Below, one piece after another: positions 36,992 to 47,408 of a stretch of 64,000 nt of DNA. The translations under genes and the position numbers were made by a program. The notes beneath the pieces are model-generated. The model did not search any database. It saw only the letters and a list, made by a program, of their open reading frames with translations, and was not told the DNA's origin. This DNA comes from Bilabrum cf. latius (lineage: Eukaryota). Each line of letters begins with the position of its first letter. Within the stretch, counting starts at the first letter, position 1. The stretch is taken from the NCBI GenBank assembly GCA_965178125.1, contig OZ237762.1, forward strand, positions 372,001 through 436,000. The letters are read 5' to 3'.

Positions 36992-38255
36992 ATGGCTGAT
37001 GGTGTGCGATAGCGAAGGGGTTCACGGGCATCTGCTCCGGCTGGCAAGACCCAAGGCATTGATTCCACTGTACAAGCGCCTGAAGTTGCTGATTGCTTTA
37101 GGTTGCAGAGACTTGGAACTGCCGAGCAGGAATCCCGATCTTATTTGCTCTTCAATAAGTTTGTGCACCATGGCTACAGGCTTCCAGTGAGTTGTTCGAG
37201 TATTGCTTGGAAGGCGTGGCTAGCAAAGCCTGGCATCCCACAATTACCGTGCATAAAGAGCCATCGGCTAGGTGTGCGACTTGCAGACTAGTACGAGGTG
37301 TTATATATCATGAGGACAGTTTCAATGGTACTCGAGTCCGTGCAGCACGCTGGCTGTTGTCGCACGTGGGGATCTAGCAGAAATCCAGAGGTGGTTCGCT
37401 GTGCCCTTCACTCAGGCCTCTTGTGATTGCGATATCCTTGGTTTCGGTATGCCTCCCTTCTCCTTGCAGCCAATGAGCGCGTCCAGCAGTCTGATTGGGA
37501 TGGTGACGCAATGGCACAATGAGACGTTCAACGTGCTGTCGCACCTGCTGCCAAGCGTGTTTCTGTTCTCCTACGCCATGTCGCAAGAGTGGCGGGATCC
37601 AGGCACCGGCAAGGCAGTGCCAGAGAGAGTCATCCTCGTTTTCTTCGCGCTGCAATGCTCGGCAACGTTTGCGTGCTCCGGGGTATATCACATGTTTATG
37701 TCTGCGTGCGACAGCCAGTGGACGTACGACGCGCTGCTCAAGACAGACGTGATCGGCGTAGCGATGAGCATCACAGGCGGCCTATTGCTAGAGGTATGGA
37801 TGCCCCTGGCGTGCATCAGCGGCGAGCTCAAGGCAGCCGTCATCATGGGGCTGTTCCTTCTCGTGTCTGCCGGCATTTGCGTCTCCACGAACGTCAAGCA
37901 GCGGGGCATGGTGCTTTTCCCCCTGCTGCTGGTGCTGCTGGCCGGGCTGGTGCTGCGCATGAACTCGCCCATGCGAGTAGATGGGTGGTACGGGTGGTAC
38001 CTCTGGGGCAGGGGGACTATGATGGTGATGGCGGGAGGCTTCGTGAATGCCTTCCGAGCTCCGGAGCGATGGATCGGAGCGGGGCCGCTGGACTACTTTG
38101 GGAACAGCCACAACATCATGCACGTCATGGTGGTAGTTGCCACGTATTTCTCCATTCGAGCTGCCCTGGACGATGTGGAGCACGCGGCTCAGCAGGCGCC
38201 CGAGCTGCACGCTTGCGCTCAAGAGCAATGGCCCATGACGTGGCTGAATCAGTAA
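36992..38255 (+). CDS. PAQR/haemolysin-III family membrane protein (paralog 1), about 326 aa; exons 36992-37186 and 37470-38255
   Basis: FNKFVHHGYRLP|PMS...WHNETFNVLSH, SGVYHMF, PERW..G.LDYFGNSHNIMH. GTGAGT...TTGCAG intron 37187-37469. TAG at 37010-37012 in MADGVR*RRG. Ends TAA. Confidence 0.9.
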
Positions 38256-38468
38256 AGAAAAAAGTCGAGTGGGTGGACAAGTTTGAGTTCAGAGCGAAGG
38301 CTAAGATGCGAACACTCTTATATGCACGTGCGCGAGCTGCCCCATACCCTACCGGAGGTCTCGGCTGACACCGCGCAGCCATGATATCTACACCAGTACC
38401 GAGCCCAGCTGCCATGCCGTGGATTGCACATGCCTGCAGTCAAACAACTCAAACAATACAATTTTTCC

Positions 38469-39646
38469 TCAAGAATCTAGGGTTGATTGTAGCCACGTCA
38501 TGGGCCATTGCTCGAGAGCGCACGCGTGCAGCTCGGGCGCCCGCTGAGCCGCGTGCTCCACATCGTCCAGGGCGGCTCGAATGGAGAAATATGTCGCAAT
38601 TACCACAGTTATGTGCATGATGTTGTGGCTGTTCCCAAAGTAGTCCAGCGGCCCCGCTCCCATCCATCGTTCCGGCAGTCGCGCCGCGTTGAAAGCGGCA
38701 GTGACCACCACCACGGCAGTGGCCCTTCCCCAGAGGAACCACCCGTGCCACCCCTCCACCCGCATGGGCGAGTTCATCCGAATGAACAACCCACCAAGGA
38801 GAAAGAAGGGCAGCGGGCTCAGCGCCACTCCCCTCTCTGCCTCTGTTCTGGACAGGTAGACCCCGATCGACACCAGGGCGAACAGCCCCAGGATCACCGC
38901 ACCTTTGAGCTCGCCGCTCATGCAGGCCAGGGGCATCCAAACTTCAAGAGCAAGCCCGCCGATCGTGCTCATGACCACGCCGATCACGTCTGTCTTCAGG
39001 AGCGTGTCGTACTGCCACTGCGTCTGACATGCTGACATGAACAGATGGTATGCAACCGAGCACGCGTAGGTTGCTGCGCACTGCCAAGCAAAGACCGCTA
39101 GAATAACTTTTTCGGGTGCTACCGTATCACTTCCAGGATCTTTCCATTCGACTGAGCGAGCGAACAGTCCGAGTAGGACGGTGGGCAGCAGGTGCGACAA
39201 AACGTTGAACGTTTCGTTGTGCCACTGTGTGAGCATCCCGACAATGCAACTCATCGCTGTTGCTGGCTGCGTGTGTAAGGTTCTGTCGAGGCATATGTTT
39301 GGCAGTTCGGAACGGCGAAAGAAGGCAAAGTGCCGACGTTCTCGGGATCGGGTCAGCGAACGAATGCAGCCTTAAGGGATTCTCTCACTTGTAGACGATA
39401 GCCACGGTGAACAAACGTGTTAAACAGCAAGAATTTCCTCTTTTCATGGGTCAATGAACCGATACGTTGCATCCCAACACAATCAACTGACCTGTCATCT
39501 TCGTCATCACCGGAAGAAGTCAGCGAAGCTCTTGAGCCACAGAAATCCTCCGGCCTTGGTTTAGCACGATACGGAATCTGATGAAGAGGAATAATTGGCA
39601 TCATTGCCGACATAACTGGCTCGTTCTGATCCCTGCAGTTTTGCAT
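38469..39646 (-). CDS. PAQR/haemolysin-III family membrane protein (paralog 2), about 351 aa; exons 39646-39389 and 39266-38469
   Basis: FNTFVHRGYRLQ|PAT...WHNETFNVLSH, SVAYHLF, PERW..G.LDYFGNSHNIMH. Intron 39267-39388 is at the same position as in paralog 1. Ends TGA. Start uncertain. Confidence 0.9.
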
Positions 39647-39923
39647 CGAGCTGGCGGAAAGCCTAAACCGGAACTGGTTCCCGGAAAACGACCAAGTCCA
39701 GCAGAAAGAAGCGCGGGTTCTTGTATTCGGTGTTCTTCGTGTTTCGGACTGGATTAGAACCGAATCAAAGTGAACTTAGGCACGAGTGGGTAGCTCAGCG
39801 TCAGGAATGAGATAGTACACCCCATAGCCCCCCCCCCCCCTGACGCACCAAAGGCCACCGACACCGCCGTTTGAATCAGCCAGCTGTCCGAACCCACCCT
39901 CAAGGGCCCCAGGGGAGACTCAT

Positions 39924-41693
39924 TCACGTCAGTTCCCTGTGTAGTTCCTTGCCCTACTCTCCCACAGTCTCGCCGGTCCCCACCGATGCACCAGAGAGCG
40001 CCTGGACGTCCTGGCCAACATGTTCCCGCTCCATGTTCCCATCATCCTTGTCTCGCCTCGCGTACTAGATCCTCGCCAAGGCGAGCACGGCACCTGAGAC
40101 GAGCATGGCTGCCGGCATCAGCGTCAGCGCCCAGCGCGCGAGCACGTCAGGTGGCAATGCCAGAAACACCACGATCGTCGCATGGTAGACAAAGCAGACC
40201 ATTCCCCCCGCCAGCCCAGCCGCCGCCGGAAACCCCGCCTCCGCTGCCAGCTCAAAGTACAGGGGGTCCAGCCCTCCCCTTGCAAACCCCGCCAGGGAGC
40301 ACAGCGACATCTGCAGCGCGAATCCACCGGCCTGCAGCGACCCAATGGAAAAAGGAGGCAGACCCAGCGCCACCAGGACGAAGAGAACTGCAGAGAGCCC
40401 GGAGCCTACAAGCACCACGGATTTGAGCTACCGCTGCCACGACGGCACGTCTGTCAGCAACCCTAGGACCACTGCCCCCCCGATCCCAGCGAATGTGTTC
40501 GCGCTCCCGAGCCAACCGGCCTGTGTGGCAGTGAGCGCGTGCCTGCCCATCGCGTGGTGTGACGAGAGCACCGGGATGAGCACTCCGGACCAACCGCCGT
40601 ATACGCCTAGCTGCAGCCCACCCGCGACAGCAACGAGCACGACGTTTGGATTCTGCAGCAGCTCAAACACTTGCCCCGCTTCTGACCACACCAGAGACCA
40701 CGGATCCTCGTGGGATGCTCGCGAGGCCTACCCTCTTTCCGCTGGAGCAAGTGCTCCTGTGCGAGCATTCAGGCTGCCAGTCATCGCCCCATCGGAGCTT
40801 TGGGATACGCTCCCCGTCGCTATGATAGCCTTGCCGTGCGTTAGGCTATGTTGCATGCTAGTAGTTGCCATGGGCCCGCTTTCCTCCGTCTATTCCAGCA
40901 AAGGCGCTTCGAAGTCTGCATCTTCATTACTATGCGATCTTGGTGACCCCTTGCGAGGCCCGCCATCGACCCTTGGGCCGACACCAGACGACGATTGTTC
41001 TCCCCGCTGAAGCTTTTCTAGCTCTGCCGAGCAACTTGGCGGGCTGTCTGGTTCGTTGGGGTTCCAAACGAGCGCGCATAATAGTGGCACTGCGCAGAGC
41101 CCAAGCTCGAGCCAGAGCAAACGACCGAGCTCGGCCGATGTACCAACAAGCGCAGGGCCGATCAACTAGCCTATACCTCTACCAACGGCACCACTGACTG
41201 TTGCAATACTAGTAGCTGTATTTCTCTCGCGGGGAGGAAACCAAAGCAGCGAAAGATACGCCGGGGATATGACAACAAAGGGAGCCGAGGCTGCATTCAG
41301 AACACTGCCAACATGGACCAAAGCAAGGGCCGCAGAGTGTCGAGAGCTGCTATATGTATCGTCATGTCCAAATCCATCCCTAGACTGCGGTAGCAGTAGC
41401 GCAGCACACCTAAATGCTGCACCCGCAAACACTAGTACAGCTGCAACCAAAACGGACCTCGCAAGCCCATCCCTTGAGGATAGCAACACAATGGCGAAAG
41501 GTAATGCTACAATAAATGCAATCGGGCCCTCATTCAAGAGCATGTCCAGGGTTCCTTCGCCAGCACCTAGCCATTTGGCGGCCTCCGTTGGTGCACTGCT
41601 ATAGGCCAGCCACAGTAGCGATTGGAGCAGCGCAATAAAAGAGTATTGCCACAACGCATACCACCGATTCAAGGTGGGCTTGTACTGTGTCAT
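39924..41693 (-). CDS. MFS transporter, SLC49/FLVCR/DIRC2-like, about 589 aa
   Basis: RWYALWQYSFIALLQSLLW, PAYLSLLWFPPRERNTATSI, PDSPPS, QAGWLG, PLYFELAAEAGFP. TAGs at 41166, 40890, 40728, 40428, 40065 and 39954. Ends TGA 39924-39926. Confidence 0.85.
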
Positions 41694-41877
41694 GTGCGAG
41701 AGTAGGTGCAATCCAACAGCAATGGCTCTCGAGAGATCCAGCTGGGTCAATGACGAGTTGCGCCAACTGCAACTGCTCGTGTGCATCGGCCGACACCCCT
41801 GGCAGTGCGCAACTGCAAATGACAGAGGAACAGATATCTGTATGACTGTCCGCGGGTAAACTAAAACGCACTTTTAA

Positions 41878-43659
41878 TCACTGGGCCAAGCGCGTAGCAC
41901 CAGTCGCAAGCTAAGACGCGTGCCGACGAAGCCGCGCCCGCTCCTGCCTTGCAAGCGCCACTGCGAGTTCCCTGTCGCTGTCCATCAGGGCGGGAATGAC
42001 ACCGTGGGCCGGTGCCCTACTCCAAGACCGCAGGTTGTAGCCCTCCAGGTCGCCCGCCCGAGCACTTGCTCCGTGCTCGCCCGCCTCCCTTGCCACGTGC
42101 TCCCCCCATTCCCCGTACATGTAACCGCTCGCAGCAGCCGGCCTCTCCAGCACGACTCCGCGCGGCCACGCGTCGCGACCCTCGTGCTTAATCTCCAAAG
42201 AGGCAGCACCGTCGAAGTCCGCCTCTGCTTGTTCCCTGGCAGTGCCCACGCCGTGCACCCGCTGCAACTCCCTGAGCTTGCGCGCCACCCTCTCGGCCGA
42301 ACTGTCGTCGCTCGTCACACTTCCATCACTCGTCGCGCCATAGGTAGTCCTCAGCCGCATTTCTGCTTCCAGCTCTTCCATGTGCAGAGCCTCTAAAGCG
42401 AACTGCTCCTGCCTCAGGCGCGCGAGCAGCTCCAGGCGTCTCCTCCTGCTCGTGCGGAAGTCGGCATGACCACTGCGGCGTGACGAGTGCTCCTCTTTGC
42501 TCTCGCTCATCGTGCCCTCGCCGTGCCCGGCCCATGCCCACCGCACGCCGCCGGACTTGCGACCAACATCACACGCAGTTCCTCCGGCCCCTGCTTCCCG
42601 CTCCCGCTCCCAGTCCCAGTGCCCGTCCCCTCCCCCCTACAGTCTGTGCCTGTGCCCGTCCTGGGACCCAGTGCCCGCTTTAGCTGCATCCTAAGCATCC
42701 AATATCTCAGCAGACAAGACCCCTACCTTCACCAACCCCTTTCTAGTGGTCTCGCGGGCGCCCTCAAGGGCCACCCGAACGAACCCCTCGTGCTCCTGAG
42801 GAACCTTCGCTCGAGCCACGCCGAACCTCGCCCAGCGATCTGTTACGGTCACGCTTGGCAAGGATTTTCTCGCCGCCCGCGCCTCTTGCCGCATCCTGCT
42901 GCGAATGGCTGCGAGTTCCTTGGCCTCCTCTTGCTGCCGAGCCTGCTCCTGCTGCTAGTTCGCCCGCTCCCCCGCCGCCTCAGCCAGCCGCTGCCTCTCC
43001 TCCTCATGCAAATCGGCCAGGCCGTCAATGTCCGTAAGGGATTTGCGGCGGGCTCGAGCACGACCGTGCGCTGCACCTTGACCCAGATCGGCGATCGACA
43101 TTCCTCCCAAGTCCCCCGTGCCCCCAAATGCCTCCTCGCCGGGGAACGACTCGGAATGACCTGCAGGCAGGGGTATCTGCTCCGATCGTGAGTGAGGCAT
43201 CATGCATTCCCCGGCGTCCTGAGGCTCATCCCCGGGCCGTTGCCGTCCTCCCGCTAGTAGTGGCGGTCGGGGAGCAGAGGGTTGCTCGTGCACCAATGCC
43301 CCTAGCCGGAAGGGTGCCTGAGCTCCTGCTCTCGATGCAGTAGATGGGCGTGCCTATCTGCCTGAAACGGATCGTCTGCTTCGAACGGACGTTGATGCCC
43401 CGGTAGTGCTGCGTCGTGCGCTCTACCTGCCTGCACTGCTGCCGGCCGGCCCTCCCTTCGGCATGCTCGCTCGCTTGGTTCTGGTCTGAGGCGGCTGAAC
43501 CATCCCACGGATTTCCACCGTAGCTTTACGGTTTCCGTGCGATTTCCGCCTGGTTCCATGCGCCGAGTAGAACGAAAAGCTCCCGCCCTCATTGGCTGCT
43601 TTTCGCCATGCCACCACCTCACCCATGGTCATCATTGGCCGAGACGACGTAACTCCCAT
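41878..43659 (-). CDS. Hypothetical coiled-coil/low-complexity protein, about 593 aa
   Basis: Four ORFs in one frame joined across TAGs at 43423, 43354, 42955, 42691, 42637 and 41911. Ends TGA 41878-41880. Start uncertain (MGVTSS chosen; upstream in-frame ATGs exist). Confidence 0.6.
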
Positions 43660-44092
43660 GGTCAATGGAGCAGTCTGCGTGGACAAGACTTTGATCATAA
43701 AATACTGTATCACAGAAATCATTGAAATTGCGCCTGCAGGGATTTGCCGCTGTCACCAGGTTGCCAGATCCACTGGTGGACCCTAAAGGCAACTGCAAAG
43801 AGCGGACCCGCTCACACGGTGTGTTGGCATCGACGCATCGTGCTACGTGCCCAAGTATGTAGAGAACGGTAATCCATCAGGAAGTAGCTCGACTGTCGCG
43901 ATTCGTGCCATGAGGTTATGCTGCTGTCCTGCGGGAATCCTGTCCGTTCGGCCGGTTCGCGGTCGCGTCCGCCGGCGACAGGCGGCATGTGATGAGTGCA
44001 CGTCTCACATCCACGTTGTGGCTCGTTTCGATCAATTCTGACCATCTTCAGCGGTAGTTTATATGTTAATATTGTAAAGGTATACTTATTTA

Positions 44093-45460
44093 ATGTCAGA
44101 CAGCGGGGTATCTGCAAAGAGAGTACCTCGAGAGGATCGAATCCCAGCCATTATCCCTTGGAAGTCTCTTGTGCATCGAATATAGCAACTAGCAGATATG
44201 CTGGATCGTGACAGGCGATGTGTAGCGAGTGCTTGCCATTTGCTCCATAGAACCGCCTCATTGGCTCCCATGGAACGAGACGATCCAGTTCTGTACGCAT
44301 CGGTATGCTTCTTCCTGGGTTGCAAAGTTGAGGACAGTGCCGTTAAAATGAGAGACGTAATCAACGCTTCTGCACATATAGATAGACCTGAGAGCCCTCC
44401 GCCGCCTCTCGATGCGTCATATTGGCAGCTGAAAGAAAAGTACGTTTCGCGCGAACAGTTCGTTCTCAGGTGCTGCGGATTCGAACCCGAGGCCGAGCAT
44501 CCGTTTGGGCTTTGCTTGCGAATCGGCCAAGCAGCTGGCTGCAGCCCTGATTTACTGATCAAAGCGGTACAAGTTCTGTAGGATGCAGCGTACACCAGCT
44601 GCTTGTTTCGGGCAGCTTCGGCGGAGACGATGGCGCTTGCTGCCCTTCACCTGGTTGCCGCCGAGGACGAGTTTGGGAGGGGCGCGGGGTCGGAGAAGAG
44701 CACCTCGTGGTGCTCTGCGATTGGGGGCGATGCAAAGGCAGTTGCAAGGGCCGCGAAGGTCCTCGCGGCGGAGTTATCCCTGTCGCGGTCCGCGGCAGGT
44801 GCAGAGGAAGCAGTTGGGGCTATAGAGGGCAGAGGTGAGGCTGGTGCTGGTGCTGGTGCTGGTGCTGGTGCTGGTGCTGGTGCTGGTGCTGGTGCTGGTG
44901 CTGGTGCTGGTGCTGGTGCTGGTGCTGGTGCTGGTGCTGGTGCTGGTGCTGGTGCTGGTGCTGGTGCTGGTGCTGGTGCTGGTGCTGGTGCTGGTGCTGG
45001 TGCTGGTGCTGGTGCTGGTGCTGGTGCTGGTGCTGGTGCTGGTGCTGGTGCTGGTGCTGGTGCTGGTGCTGGTGCTGGTGCTGGTGCTGGTGCTGGTGCT
45101 GGTGCTGGTGCTGGTGCTGGTGCTGGTGCTGGTGCTGGTGCTGGTGCTGGTGCTGGTGCTGGTGCTGGTGCTGGTGCTGGTGCTGGTGCTGGTGCTGGTG
45201 CTGGTGCTGGTGCTGGTGCTGGTGCTGGTGCTGGTGCTGGTGCTGGTGCTGGTGCTGGTGCTGGTGCTGGTGCTGGTGCTGGTGCTGATGCTGGTGCTGG
45301 TGCTGGTGCTGGTGCTGGTGCTGGTGCTGGTGCTGGTGCTGATGCTGGTGCTGATGCTGGAGGCGATGTCGGTGGTGCAGGGACCGGTGCTGGCGTGGCT
45401 GCCGTTCCATCTGAGAGCAGCGCAGGTGTATCTAGTGCCAGCGGTGAGCCGGCCACGTGA
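44093..45460 (+). CDS. Transcriptional-type cyclin (cyclin T/K/L/Q-like fold) with a poly(Ala-Gly) C-terminal tract, about 455 aa
   Basis: HRI*QLADML...VASACHLLHR, ASVCFFLGCKVED..VKMRDVIN, YWQLKEKYVSREQFVLRCCGFE..EHPF, VL*DAAYT...ETMALAALHL. TAGs at 44183 and 44579. Ends TGA, followed by a second TGA. Confidence 0.85.
44840..45361 (+). repeat. (GCTGGT)n hexanucleotide microsatellite, about 87 units (74 perfect in a row), encoding poly(Ala-Gly)
   Basis: Perfect run 44840-45283, then occasional GCTGAT/GCTGGA variants to 45361. Confidence 0.95.
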
Positions 45461-45942
45461 TGAAAGGTCACAAAGCGTGTGTGGTGACAGTGGGAGCAGC
45501 AAATGCAACGCAGTCAGTGCAACACACGAGTGCCATTGATCGAAGCACGCCAGTAAGAGCTGTTCTGGTGGCCTGGCGCGCCATGTCGTGCAGATACTGT
45601 TTGTGCATCACGCACACCACTCCAGATGGAAGACTTATAGCATTGTCCATATAATCAATCAACAACGGAAGCCCACGCTACGGCAGCCAGACATGCGGTG
45701 TACGCGAGTTGCGGACGATTTATGGCCCATGCGATTTCAATAATCCATGTGCAGGGGGCATTTCTGTCGTCGCGCTTTCGGGACACCTGCTCTAGTGCGT
45801 CCTCTGCCTCTCTGCCTCGTACCCTGGAGGAGCATCCTACACTTCCAGGCTGCGAGCACGGCCGGAACCCACTTTGGCGAGCATGCCCGATACCACATAG
45901 GGCGAAGCTTCCGTCATCCATTTCGACTCTCCGATCATATGC

Positions 45943-46814
45943 TTAGACCTTGAAGGTGTACGCGAGGCAAAGGATGGGCTCGCCGTTCTGGTCCGTCCAC
46001 GAGATGGTGCCCTTGAGCGTCCCGCTGGGCGTGTCGGCGGGCACCTCATCGGTGGCCGAGGAATCGATGCTGCCGGACAGGGGGCAAGGAGAGTCGCCGC
46101 CCTCCAGCGTGTCGCAAAGGTCGTCCTTCTCGTTCACAACCGGGAAGCCGTCGAACGAGGCCTTGTACTTGGCGGTGCCGCTAGTCACCTGCAAAGTTTC
46201 GAAGATGCGGGTAAACGTCAGCAAATGAGCGGTGAGCTTGCAGAGGGCAGAGAACCCAATGCTTGCACGACCAGAGCAGACAAAAATAAAAACCAAACAG
46301 TTGAATTGGAACTAGCCACAGAAGCTTGCTGACACTCACGGTCTCATCGAGGTCGTAGATGGTGTGCAGCGTGTAGGTTTCCCCGATCTTGGGGTCGGTG
46401 GGATCGATCTCCACCACCAGATTCTTGGCATGAGCGTCAGAAGGGGTGCAAGATCCGTCCATGGAGAGCCTGCGGGGGCCCGCAGCGCCGGCGCGCAGCT
46501 TCCTGGAGCCAAACTGGGCCTTGATGGCCGGGATTGCCTTCTCGAGGGCCATCTTCATCGGGTTGAGAGCGCTAGCCTGCGCTAGAGGTAACCCAAGCAA
46601 GTTGGAACTTTTGCATACATTAATACTCTATTTAGGGTCAGATATAGACGCTTAGTGCCGAAACAGTAGCATACGCAGCACCGAAAGATGCTCTGAAAGA
46701 AAGCTAGCGGCAGTATACGATGATGCACGCAGTACCTGTATTAGCGATTCTACCAAACAAACTTACGCTGACAAAAAGGGCAGCCATGCATGCAATCGCG
46801 AAAGAGGCCTTCAT
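45943..46814 (-). CDS. ML-domain (MD-2/NPC2-like, PG/PI transfer) lipid-binding protein, about 176 aa; exons 46814-46767, 46576-46340, 46188-45943
   Basis: Signal peptide MKASFAIACMAALFVS, SC...VEIDPTDPKIG, DDLCD...CPL.G, P.DTPSG, WTDQNGEPILC. Introns 46577-46766 (GTAAGT..CAG) and 46189-46339 (GTGAGT..CAG). Ends TAA right at the domain end. Confidence 0.88.
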
Positions 46815-47408
46815 TTTATGTAGAAATCAACGGATGACCATTCCTCCCGAAACAAGGTGCAAAATATAAACTCTCTCATTTAATAAAGTAAGGTGTTCTT
46901 ATTTTACAAAATCATTTCTTCCTGTCGCAGTAAGCATCAACCCTACGGTCATCTTGGGTGACCTCGAGAGACTCGATTAGTGCCACAGAGTACTAGTTTT
47001 GGGCGAGGGTCCAAGCCAAGATCTCGAAGGTGATGATGACGATTGAACTAAGTGATACAGATCCAATCGCAATGAACATCATTCTCAGCATCCACCGTTC
47101 GTATCGCACTGGGAATTAATACAACGTACCAAAGACAGATTTCGTGTCCCACTTACATTGCCATGCGGGCCGCCGTAAGGCTAGTGACTCGATCTTCCTC
47201 ATTGATGCGTTGCAACAACCTCCATGAAGGCCTAAGCAATGTTGACGTGAACTTGAGTGATAGTATATAAATGCACCATCTCCTACTCATTAGCCTGCTA
47301 AGCTTGTAATAAGCATCTCTTCTGTTGTCGTGTAAAGGTAGTGTAGTGTAATGTACTTGCATTATCAATCTGGATCTAGCCCTAGAATCGAGACCCAATC
47401 CACCGGAT

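Noticed and set aside
39785-39830. Possible tRNA (GGGTAGCTCAG resembles a tRNA 5' end/A-box)
   Set aside because: No T-loop (GTTCRA) or cloverleaf follows. No suppressor tRNA-Gln(CUA) was seen in the window.
44647-45539. Extra ORFs over the hexamer repeat (poly-PA, ST, HQ, LV)
   Set aside because: The repeat has no stops in any frame. Only the Ala-Gly frame is continuous with the cyclin.
46815-47408. Possible snoRNA or small gene in the AT-rich spacer (GTGATGA near 47030)
   Set aside because: No matching D box or terminal stem was found, and the ORF at 47153-47434 lacks coding character.
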